Shown here: positions 47,853 to 56,014 of the stretch, piece after piece | Layout: the number at the start of each line of letters is the position of its first letter | How positions within the stretch are numbered: the first letter of the stretch is position 1 | Assembly (NCBI GenBank): GCA_020073345.1 | Contig: JAIQFI010000008.1 | Span: 42,108 to 106,107 of the forward strand | Source of the DNA: Terriglobia bacterium | Lineage (GTDB): Bacteria; Acidobacteriota; Terriglobia; Bryobacterales; Bryobacteraceae | Direction: 5' to 3' | DNA length: 64,000 nucleotides | Notes under the pieces: generated by a model | Told to the model about the DNA's origin: nothing | The model's input: the letters and a program-made list of their open reading frames with translations, nothing else | Database searches by the model: none | Translations under genes and position numbers: made by a program

Positions 47853-48698
47853 ATGAATGAGCTGGAACTTGTAGACCGTCTTCGCAAGATGGCCGGTATC
47901 GGGAGAAAGACCGGGCGCGGCGTGATCCGCGGTATCGGCGATGACTGCGCTGTATTTCGCCCCAAGGCCGGCGAAGATCTCTTGCTCAAAACCGACCAGC
48001 TCATCGAAGGCATTCATTTCCCGAAAAGCATGCCGCCCGACGCCGCCGGCGAGAGGGCCCTGGCGCGCGCGCTGAGCGATATCGCCGCGGCGGGTGGCGA
48101 TCCGCGCTGCTGCCTGGTGGCTTTGGCTGTTCCGCGCAGCAAGTCGGATCGATGGATCCTGTCGTTCTTCCACGGACTCCTGCGTCTGGCCCGGCGCAGC
48201 GGAACCGTGCTGGCCGGCGGCGATCTCGCGCATGACGATAAAGCTCACTGCAGCGTGATGGTCGTCGGCGCGGTGAAGCGCGGGAAGGCTCTGACGCGCG
48301 CCGGCGCGCGGCCCGGCGACCAGCTGTGCGTTTCCGGACGCCTCGGGAAACCTTGGGACCAGCCCATCGAGCCCCGGCTGGCCCTCGGCCGGAAGCTCGC
48401 GGGCAAAGCGACCGCGTGCATCGACCTGAGCGACGGTTTATCGCTCGATCTGCACCGGTTGTGCAAGGAGTCTCACGTTGCCGCGAAGGTAGAACGCATC
48501 CCGATGGTCCGTGGAGCGAGCCTCAAACGCGCGCTCCATGGTGGCGAGGACTACGAACTGCTGTTCACCCTGCCTCCGCGCATGAAGCCTCCTGCGGGAA
48601 CCACGCGCATCGGCGCGATCATGCGCGGCAAGGCGGGTACCGTGTGGTTCAAAGGGAAAAAGCTCGCACCCCGCGGGTACGACCACTTCGAAAGGTAG
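47853..48698 (+). CDS. thiL: Thiamine-monophosphate kinase
   Basis: GIGDDCAVF and DQLIEGIHF at the N-terminus, with AIR-synthase-like domains. At 281 aa it is slightly short. Confidence 0.85.
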   Translation: MNELELVDRLRKMAGIGRKTGRGVIRGIGDDCAVFRPKAGEDLLLKTDQLIEGIHFPKSMPPDAAGERALARALSDIAAAGGDPRCCLVALAVPRSKSDRWILSFFHGLLRLARRSGTVLAGGDLAHDDKAHCSVMVVGAVKRGKALTRAGARPGDQLCVSGRLGKPWDQPIEPRLALGRKLAGKATACIDLSDGLSLDLHRLCKESHVAAKVERIPMVRGASLKRALHGGEDYELLFTLPPRMKPPAGTTRIGAIMRGKAGTVWFKGKKLAPRGYDHFER

Positions 48699-48717
48699 GT
48701 CTTCAGACCGGCCACGA

Positions 48718-49665
48718 TTACTCCGTCGGCGCGTAATACCCCGTGCGCCAGTGCGCCCTTACTGGAGGCAGACCCTTGGGAGGCACGATCTTCACTTCCA
48801 CGAGATGATAGCGCCCATTGCGTTCCCGATTGCTCGGCACATACCCCAGCAAGTAGCGGTTGCGCAGATCGATGCTGATCTTTTGCGCGATGTCGGAAAG
48901 CCGCATGCCCTGCGTCTTAAACATGCGGCCGCCGGTCTGCTCGGAGATGCTGTTCAACACTCCGCCGGCGTCGGTGTAGAGCGGATCGGCGAATACGCCG
49001 ATCGAATAGATAAGAACGTCGCTTTCCTTCACCACATTCTTGATTTCGCCGGACGTGTAGCGGCTGTTGTTCTCACCGCCATCGGAGATCACCACCAGGG
49101 CCTTGCGCTTCTTGTTGGACTTCTTGATCTCATGGAGCCCCAGGAAGACCGCATCCAGCAGCGCCGTGGAACCTCTGGTGTGGGTGAACAGAAGCTGATA
49201 GGTGATCTTGGCGGGATCAGCCGTGACCGGCACCACCAGCCGAGGCGAGCTGTCGAACTCCACCAGCGCGAATTCGTCTTCGGGATTGGCGGTCTTGAAG
49301 AACTCGGTCGCCGCCATGCGTTCTTCCCGCTCGGTTCCGCTCATGCTGCCGCTGGTGTCGAACACCAGTCCCACGGCCACCGGCTCATCTTCCATCGAAA
49401 AGCTGGTGATGACCTGCTCTATCTTGTCGTCGAAAACGCGGAAATTTTCCTTGTCCAGACCGGCTACCGGACGATTGTAGGTATCGTTCACCGCCACCGG
49501 CACCAGGACCTCCGTGCGGTCGATGCGCAGATCGGGCCGCGGGATGTCCTCCGGCGGCCTGGAACCGGCCTTCTCCCGGGACGGGATCGTGACCTGGGCC
49601 CGAAAAACCAGCGGCAAGCACAATACGACTCCGGCAACCAGCACGATCATGGGCCGTGATCTCAT
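48718..49665 (-). CDS. VWA domain protein (acidobacterial TIGR03436-like)
   Basis: Signal peptide. MIDAS-like VGLVFDTSGSMSG and ALVVISDGGEN. Confidence 0.85.
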   Translation of the reverse strand: MRSRPMIVLVAGVVLCLPLVFRAQVTIPSREKAGSRPPEDIPRPDLRIDRTEVLVPVAVNDTYNRPVAGLDKENFRVFDDKIEQVITSFSMEDEPVAVGLVFDTSGSMSGTEREERMAATEFFKTANPEDEFALVEFDSSPRLVVPVTADPAKITYQLLFTHTRGSTALLDAVFLGLHEIKKSNKKRKALVVISDGGENNSRYTSGEIKNVVKESDVLIYSIGVFADPLYTDAGGVLNSISEQTGGRMFKTQGMRLSDIAQKISIDLRNRYLLGYVPSNRERNGRYHLVEVKIVPPKGLPPVRAHWRTGYYAPTE

Positions 49666-49701
49666 GCAACTTCTCTGGACGTAATGATACTCTACGCGGA
49701 G

Positions 49702-51315
49702 CTACTTCGGAATCGCCATCACGTAGTCGGTAATGGCCTTCAGATCCTGCGGGTTAAACTTGTAGGCCGGCATTTCGGAGTTGGGCGACAACTTGGGCGG
49801 ATCGGCAAAGTGCTGGGCGACCCAGGTTCGCGTGCGCCTCGCGGCAAGTCCGTTGAGTATGGGCGCCATCTTGGCGCCCGATCCGTTCAGCGTGTGACAG
49901 AAGCCGCACCCTCGGGCATCGTACAGCATCGCTCCCGCGATGGCCTCCTCCGGGGGATTCTCCCAGGCATCCAGAGCGCGATCGTCCCGCTTGGTCACCA
50001 GCGTCACCAGACTTTTCTTCTGGGCGGCGGTCAGACGGGAATTGGGCGCCTCGAGAGAAGGCTTTGTAAAGTGATCGAGGAGCCAGTCGGCCGGTTTCGC
50101 CGAGGGATCTTTCGCCAGATCCGGACCCGACACGGATCGCCCCAGGACATGGCAGCGCGCACAGTTGTCGCGCTCGAAATATCCGATCGCCGCGAGTTGC
50201 TCTGGCGGAAGCTCGCGCCACGGCTGCGGAGGTCTGAGACCGGCGTCGGGATCCTCCATGCTCGGCGGCGTAGTCGCCAGAGCACCTTCGGTCAAGCCAG
50301 CCCATCCGATCACGGCGAAGGCGGTGAGCGCGATCGCCACGGTTCGTTGGCGAACTCGAATCGCGCGGCCGCGATCGAGGAACGGCACCAGGAGCAGCGC
50401 CAGAATGCCCAGGTTCGGAAGAACCACGGCGCCCAGCACCTCGAGCGGGCCTTGCAGCAACTTCAACGTCTCAAACAGGAACAGAAAGTACCATTCGGGA
50501 CGCGGAATATACCGCGTGTCGGTGGGATCCGCCAGGCTGCCCAGTCCCAATTTTGCGAAATTCGCGAACAGCACCAGCACCAGCACGTAGCAGAATGTAG
50601 CGACCGAGTCCTTGAACATCTGCTCCGGATAAAACTTCTTCGTCGGCTTGCCCGCGTCTTCCGCGGCCGGCGTCACGCCGTGCCTGCGGACCAGATACAA
50701 ATGCAGGCCGATCAGCAGCAGCGTGGCGATAGGCAACACAACCACGTGAGCGGAATAGAATCGGGCGAAGGTGAGAGTGCCGATGGAATCGTTCTCGGCC
50801 CCCAGCAGCCGCTTCAGGTACACCCCTACTCCCGGTGCGAGCCCGACGATCTGCGTGGTGACCGTAGTGCCCCAATAAGCCTTGTTGTCCCAGGGAAGCA
50901 GATAGCCCGTGAGCCCGAAGGCCAGCGTAACCAGAAGCAGCGCACACCCGGCGATCCAGGTGGCCTCACGCGGTTTCTTGTAAGCACCCCAGACGAAGAC
51001 CTGCATCATGTGGAGCGCGACCACCACGATCATGCAGCTCGCACCCCAGTGATGGAGGCCGCGGATCATAGGACCTGCCGACAGCTCCGTCATGATATAG
51101 CGGATGCTCGCGTGCGCTTCGGTGGGCGTCGGCCCGTAGTTCAGGGCGAGAAGAACTCCGGTGGCGGCTTGAATCAGAAACGCGAACAACGCTACGCTGC
51201 CCAGCACCTGAGGCCAGCCCGCGGAGGCGGGAATATCCTCGTCCAGAAAATGCCGGATCGCGGAAGGCAGACCCGTCCGTTCTTCCAGCCAGTCGCGCAC
51301 GCCGTTCCCCATCAC
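49702..51315 (-). CDS. Cytochrome b (b6 plus subunit-IV-like) fused to a C-terminal dihaem cytochrome c
   Basis: Haem-b ligand pairs GLHHWGAS...VALHMM and SAHVVV...GLHLY. The PEWYFLF motif is present, with two CXXCH motifs (CARCH and CGFCH) in the last ~150 aa. Confidence 0.88.
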   Translation of the reverse strand: MMGNGVRDWLEERTGLPSAIRHFLDEDIPASAGWPQVLGSVALFAFLIQAATGVLLALNYGPTPTEAHASIRYIMTELSAGPMIRGLHHWGASCMIVVVALHMMQVFVWGAYKKPREATWIAGCALLLVTLAFGLTGYLLPWDNKAYWGTTVTTQIVGLAPGVGVYLKRLLGAENDSIGTLTFARFYSAHVVVLPIATLLLIGLHLYLVRRHGVTPAAEDAGKPTKKFYPEQMFKDSVATFCYVLVLVLFANFAKLGLGSLADPTDTRYIPRPEWYFLFLFETLKLLQGPLEVLGAVVLPNLGILALLLVPFLDRGRAIRVRQRTVAIALTAFAVIGWAGLTEGALATTPPSMEDPDAGLRPPQPWRELPPEQLAAIGYFERDNCARCHVLGRSVSGPDLAKDPSAKPADWLLDHFTKPSLEAPNSRLTAAQKKSLVTLVTKRDDRALDAWENPPEEAIAGAMLYDARGCGFCHTLNGSGAKMAPILNGLAARRTRTWVAQHFADPPKLSPNSEMPAYKFNPQDLKAITDYVMAIPK

Positions 51316-51318
51316 CGT

Positions 51319-51813
51319 TTACGACCGCTTGACCTGTAATCCGATGAGGAGCTTCCCGCCCTCCACGCGCGACACGTAGCGATCCAGGGGCCGGGGCGCG
51401 GGACCCGCCAGAACCTTTCCGTCCAGGCCGAAAGCCGAGGCATGACACGGACACTTGAATGCCGTCAGGTCGTCTTCCCAGTGATAGATGCAGCCCAGGT
51501 GAGGACACTGCGGGCTAAACGCTACCGCGCTCTGGGGGCCGTTTTTCACCACCCACGCGGTGGTTTTTTCCTTGGTCGCCTTCCACGCGTCCACACGCGT
51601 TCGGTAATAGACAACCTCTTGCGGCACGCCGGTCTCGAGGTCCGCCAGATCGGCGATTTCCACCATTGCTCCGGCACCCGGTGATTTAGGTTTGAATAAC
51701 AGGAACACGGCGGCTGGAACGGCAATCACGGCCGCTGCCGTGGCCCCCAGCAGTTGAATGAGAACCGCATAGAAAGACCTGCGGGTAGGGTGTTTCGAAT
51801 GGTCCTTGAGCAT
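51319..51813 (-). CDS. Rieske [2Fe-2S] subunit
   Basis: CPHLGC...CPCHAS cluster boxes. N-terminal RR-containing TM anchor (PTRRSFYAVLIQLLG). The start could instead be 51870. Confidence 0.85.
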   Translation of the reverse strand: MLKDHSKHPTRRSFYAVLIQLLGATAAAVIAVPAAVFLLFKPKSPGAGAMVEIADLADLETGVPQEVVYYRTRVDAWKATKEKTTAWVVKNGPQSAVAFSPQCPHLGCIYHWEDDLTAFKCPCHASAFGLDGKVLAGPAPRPLDRYVSRVEGGKLLIGLQVKRS

Positions 51814-51872
51814 GAGCGAGTGCGAGTATCGACGTAGGTATGGACCTATAGGATAGTATACTCGGAACAAGC

Positions 51873-52601
51873 GTGCTGTTCTTTTACCCTGCTCTTATTA
51901 CGCTCATCGCCATGCTCAGCGCCGCCGTGGGCGTGTGGCTGACCTCATACACGGGACTTTCCCGCCGTTTAGTGCCTTTCGGCGGAGGAGTGCTGCTGGG
52001 AGTGGCGCTGTTCTGGGTTCTTCCCGAAATGGCGCAGTTTTTCAGTTGGCAAGTCGCGATTCTGTGGCTCGCGGGCGGATTTCTGTTCCTGGCCGCGATC
52101 GACCGGTTTGTTTACCCCGTGTGCCCGGCTTGCTCCCATTCTCATCAGCACGATGAGTGCGCCACGCGGTTGCACGGGTTCGCTCTACCACTGCTGGCGG
52201 CCGCGGCGCTGCACAGCGCGCTGGACGGATGGAGCGCGGCAGCGGGCCAAAACGCCGGATTCAGCATGGCCCTCATCGGAGGCATCGCGGTGCACAAGAT
52301 TCCCGAGGGACTGGCCCTGGGAGTCATCGCGCGTGCTTCGCTCGGCTCGCGGGCTTCCGCTTTGGCCTGGTGCGCCCTGGCGCAAATGACGACCATCGGC
52401 GGCGCGGACCTTGAATCGATACTAGCGCCGCACCTGGGCTCGCAAGGCTTGCACGCGCTGCTGGCGCTCGCCGGCGGCAGCTTCCTCTACCTGGGCGGAC
52501 ACGCCGTGCATGGCGAACTGCGCCGCAGTGGAAACGTGACGCTGGTGCCGGCTCTGACGGGCGTAGCCGGATCGAGCGTATTGCGGTTATTCTTGCGTTA
52601 A
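51873..52601 (+). CDS. ZIP family metal transporter
   Basis: GTG start. HKIPEGLALG motif, a Cys/His-rich loop CPACSHSHQHDEC, and about 7-8 TM. Confidence 0.75.
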   Translation: MLFFYPALITLIAMLSAAVGVWLTSYTGLSRRLVPFGGGVLLGVALFWVLPEMAQFFSWQVAILWLAGGFLFLAAIDRFVYPVCPACSHSHQHDECATRLHGFALPLLAAAALHSALDGWSAAAGQNAGFSMALIGGIAVHKIPEGLALGVIARASLGSRASALAWCALAQMTTIGGADLESILAPHLGSQGLHALLALAGGSFLYLGGHAVHGELRRSGNVTLVPALTGVAGSSVLRLFLR

Positions 52602-54019
52602 GCTTCCATTGGCGGACGCCGCCGATGCCAATCCGTCTGCTTCTGGAACAGATTGCCGATCGCGATCAGCTGGTTCTCGTAGAACGGCCGCCCCAGCAGC
52701 GAAATCGCCACCGGAAGTCCGTCCGCGAATCCGCACGGCAGCGAGATCGCCGGCAAACCGGCCAGGTTCCCCCCCGGAATCAGATCGTCGCGCGACCGCG
52801 TCGGCGGACCCGGAGCATCCAGCGGATCGGCGGCCTTGGGAGCCGGTCCCAGGCGCGCGGGCGCCAGCACCATGTCGCAGCTCAGGAACAAATCGTGGAA
52901 GGCCGCTTTCACCAGCGACCGTACGCGCATGGCGCGCAAATACTCGGTTGCGGGTAGATCCAGCATCGCCCTCAGCCCGGCGATCTGGTGCGGATCCGCC
53001 AATTGGTCCACCTTGCCGCTGCGGATCAGGTCCTCGAAAATCGAGCCCGCTTCGCCGGCAATGATCGTGCTCACCAGCGCGCCGTAGGGAAACTCGGGAA
53101 TCCGGATTTCCTTGACCTTCACTCCCAGCGACTTGATCACCTCGAATGCGGCACGCAGCGCGGGCTGGGCGGCGGGTTCCGCCCCATTCTCGAAATCGAC
53201 AGGCACGTAGCCGATGGTGATATCGGCGAGTCGGCGCGTGGTGTACTGAGGCGTGTAGTTGAAGCTGCGCCCGGCCGATCCCGGATCTGCCGTGTCCGCT
53301 CCCGCCATCTCGTGCAGCACCAGCGCGCAGTCTTCCGCGGAACGGCACATGGGTCCCAGCTTGTCCAGCGTCCACGAAAGCGCCATCGCCCCGCTGCGGC
53401 TGACTAGACCATATGTCGGGCGCAGGCCGGTCACGCCGCAGAACGCGGACGGCGTCAGGATCGAACCTGAAGTCTCCGAACCTATGGCAAAGGTCACAAG
53501 TCCGGACGCGACAGCCGATCCCGGACCGCTCGATGATCCGCCGCTCCAGCGCGTGCGGTCCCACGGATTCAGCCCCGGGCCGGTGAGAGACGCGGCCGCG
53601 GTGCGGTAATCGCCGCCTCCGGCGAGTTCGACCATAGAGAGCTTGGCGATCAGGATCGCCCCCACGCTATTGAGTTTCTCGATCACGCGGGCGTCGTAGT
53701 CGAACACCTGTGTGGCGTAAGGCTTGGCGCTCCAGGTGGTCGGCTGCTTCTTCACCGCCAGGAGATCCTTGGCGCCGTAGGGAATGCCCTGAAGCGGACC
53801 ACGGGTGCGGTCGCGTTTCAGCTCGCGATCGACGTCCTTCGCCTTACTGAGGGCCTGCTTGCGCAGCGATAGCGCCAGCGCGTTGTAGCGCGGGCCGATG
53901 CGTTCCATGCGGTCGCAAAAGGCGCGCGTCAGCTCCTGACACGAAAATTCCTTGGCGCGCAGCTTGGCGTTCAGCTCGCTGATACTGGCGAAGAAGATGT
54001 CAGGAGCGATCTCGGCCAC
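52598..54019 (-). CDS. Amidase (amidase-signature family, GatA-like)
   Basis: GTG start. AS signature GGSSSGPGSAVASGLVTFAIGSETSGSI. No signal peptide on this chain. Confidence 0.9.
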   Translation of the reverse strand: MAEIAPDIFFASISELNAKLRAKEFSCQELTRAFCDRMERIGPRYNALALSLRKQALSKAKDVDRELKRDRTRGPLQGIPYGAKDLLAVKKQPTTWSAKPYATQVFDYDARVIEKLNSVGAILIAKLSMVELAGGGDYRTAAASLTGPGLNPWDRTRWSGGSSSGPGSAVASGLVTFAIGSETSGSILTPSAFCGVTGLRPTYGLVSRSGAMALSWTLDKLGPMCRSAEDCALVLHEMAGADTADPGSAGRSFNYTPQYTTRRLADITIGYVPVDFENGAEPAAQPALRAAFEVIKSLGVKVKEIRIPEFPYGALVSTIIAGEAGSIFEDLIRSGKVDQLADPHQIAGLRAMLDLPATEYLRAMRVRSLVKAAFHDLFLSCDMVLAPARLGPAPKAADPLDAPGPPTRSRDDLIPGGNLAGLPAISLPCGFADGLPVAISLLGRPFYENQLIAIGNLFQKQTDWHRRRPPMEA

Positions 54020-54022
54020 AGC

Positions 54023-54217
54023 TTAAGCCTTGAACTGGAATGCGGGCTCGACGGTCATCGGCAGCGGCACCCGGGCGATAGCCTGCGCAGCAGCCCGCTG
54101 CTGCAATCGTGCCGTGTCGACATCGGCTTCGGGTTGCGGCTTCACAGGAGGTGGAGTCTGGGCGACAGCAGTGCTCGCCAAGAGAACACCGGCTAGCTGG
54201 CGTCTGGAAATATCCAT
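54023..54217 (-). CDS. 64-aa Tat-signal micro-protein preceding the amidase
   Basis: MDISRRQLAGVLLASTAVAQT... (SRRxLxG plus an h-region). Its stop lies 3 nt before the amidase start. Confidence 0.55.
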   Translation of the reverse strand: MDISRRQLAGVLLASTAVAQTPPPVKPQPEADVDTARLQQRAAAQAIARVPLPMTVEPAFQFKA

Positions 54218-54233
54218 GCGCCCATTATAGGGT

Positions 54234-54323
54234 GTGGAGCAGGCTTCAGCCTGCAACGGGTGCTTCAGCACCCGCGCCGATTCGGAGGCTCAAGCCTCCG
54301 TTGCAGGCTGAAGCCCGCTCCAC
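54234..54323. repeat. ~90-bp REP/MITE-like element: 26-nt terminal inverted repeats enclosing tandem tetraloop hairpins
   Basis: gtggagcaggcttcagcctgcaacgg (54234-54259) matches the reverse complement of 54298-54323 at 25/26 positions. Internal hairpins are gcaggc-ttca-gcctgc, gggtgc-ttca-gcaccc and cggaggc-tcaa-gcctccg. Confidence 0.75.
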
Positions 54324-54330
54324 GGTCTAG

Positions 54331-55857
54331 TCACGCGTGAGCGATGTGATCCCGCGCAGCCAGTGCTTCCATCGCCGCTTGCTCCATGATGGCCTTTGGA
54401 GGGCGCTCGCCGGTAAAGATCTCGAACTGTCTCCCGGCCTGTTCCAGGAACATTTCGAGTCCCGCGATCACTTCCGCGCCCTGGGCTTTGGCGCGGCGCA
54501 GCAGCGTCGTCTCCCTGGGCGTATAGACCATGTCGAATACCAGCTGCGAAGGAATGCGGCCTTCGAAGAAACACTTTTCGATATTGGGAGCCATGCCGAG
54601 CGGAGTGGCGTGCACGATCGCGTCGAACGTTCGGGCTGCGGCCTGGTCGCGTGATAGCGCTTCGGCGCCGCAGGTGGAAGCCAGCGCGCGTACGCGATCT
54701 AGATTTCGTCCCGTCACCGCCAGCTTGCTGCCGGCCGCTGCCAGCGCGAACACGGCTCCGCGGGCCGCGCCGCCGTTGCCCACCACCAGAACCGAGGATT
54801 TGTTCAGCCGGACATGACGCTCCAGAGGCGAGGTGACGCCGGGAGCGTCGGTGTTGGCACCGCGCCACCTGCCCGCCTTGCGCCACACGGTGTTCACCGC
54901 CCCAATGCGCCGCGCCACCGGATCCACCCAATCCAGATACCGCAGGATCTTCTGCTTGTGCGGGATGGTGACGCTGAAACCCGCCAGCGGCAGATCCTCG
55001 GCCATCACGAAAAAATCCTTGAGTTGCCCGGGATGCACCAGGAATGGCAGATAGACCGCGTCGACGCGCCGGGCTTGGAAGGCCCGGTTATGAACCGCGG
55101 GCGAAATGGAGTGCCCCACCGGATCCGCGATGACTCCGAAAATTTTGCTGTCGCGCGAGAGCTTTCCCACGCGATACATGCCCCGCAGCTTTTTCGCGCT
55201 CACCTGTCCCGAGGCGGTTCCGCCGGCCATGTTCGGCGCGGCGTAGGTGTACAGGCCGCCGAACGCTGGCGACAGCACGCGCGTGGGGAATCCCGGTTCG
55301 CCCATCGCCAGCAGAACCGTGGGAATCTTCGGATGCGACCGCGCCAGCGACAGCACGCGCGCGTTGTCGGAGGGTTTTCGCGCCGTGGTCACGATCTTAT
55401 AGGCGTGCGCCGGGATGGCCGCCATGCGCCGAAGCACCGACTCCAGCCGGGGCGGAGTGCCTCCGTAGTTGTGATAGGAAAGCACCAGGTAGGCTTCCGA
55501 GCGCAGATGCGCCAGGTGGTTCTCGCAGTTCTCCGCGCTCTCGATCTCGATATCCACCGCCTGCGCTCCCGCTTCGCGCGCGGCTTCCAGGATCTTGATC
55601 TGCTCCTCGATGCTGCCGGTAAAGCGTCCCTGGTTCTGCCGCCGGCGGCAGGTGGCCAGAACGGTGCAATCCGGATAGCGGGCCAGAAACTTCTTCAGCG
55701 CCGCCACGCCCCGCTCGGGAGAAGCCAGGTAGTCCAGGCGGAATTCCAGAAACCGTTCCCCGCAGTCGTATTCGGCGCGCGCATGGGCCAGCAAGGACTC
55801 CACATCCGGGAACCCCAGCGCGATGCACACCGTCGGGAAGATAGTCTTCTGCGCCAT
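54331..55857 (-). CDS. aroDE: Bifunctional 3-dehydroquinate dehydratase (type I) / shikimate 5-dehydrogenase
   Basis: The AroD part has ...AYKIVTTA (Schiff-base Lys region). The AroE part has GVIADPVGHSISPAVHN...SVTIPHK...NTD...VVGNGGAARG. The start was chosen at MAQKTIF; 55878 and 55896 are alternatives. Confidence 0.88.
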   Translation of the reverse strand: MAQKTIFPTVCIALGFPDVESLLAHARAEYDCGERFLEFRLDYLASPERGVAALKKFLARYPDCTVLATCRRRQNQGRFTGSIEEQIKILEAAREAGAQAVDIEIESAENCENHLAHLRSEAYLVLSYHNYGGTPPRLESVLRRMAAIPAHAYKIVTTARKPSDNARVLSLARSHPKIPTVLLAMGEPGFPTRVLSPAFGGLYTYAAPNMAGGTASGQVSAKKLRGMYRVGKLSRDSKIFGVIADPVGHSISPAVHNRAFQARRVDAVYLPFLVHPGQLKDFFVMAEDLPLAGFSVTIPHKQKILRYLDWVDPVARRIGAVNTVWRKAGRWRGANTDAPGVTSPLERHVRLNKSSVLVVGNGGAARGAVFALAAAGSKLAVTGRNLDRVRALASTCGAEALSRDQAAARTFDAIVHATPLGMAPNIEKCFFEGRIPSQLVFDMVYTPRETTLLRRAKAQGAEVIAGLEMFLEQAGRQFEIFTGERPPKAIMEQAAMEALAARDHIAHA

Positions 55858-56014
55858 TCCAAAGCGACAGAACAGCATATCACGCCGCCCCTCCATCGCG
55901 TCCGGGAAGCCCTTCGGGGATGACAAAATCGAATGGGACTCTATGGAGCTGGTCGCGAAGGAACGATAGATAATTGAGGTCCTGGCTCTTCTGGCTACCG
56001 TACAAAATCCCGCG

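Noticed and set aside
49684-51339. 551-aa plus-strand ORF
   Set aside because: It is antisense to the cytochrome b/c gene, which has all haem ligands and CXXCH motifs. Its translation is Arg/Gly/His/Gln-rich.
54218-54271. N-terminal extension MLKHPLQAEACSTPYNGR of the Tat micro-protein ORF
   Set aside because: It is encoded by the left arm of the palindromic repeat element. The Tat-like signal begins at the internal ATG (54217).
54814-55923. 369-aa plus-strand ORF
   Set aside because: It is antisense to the aroD-aroE fusion gene and has a shadow-ORF composition.
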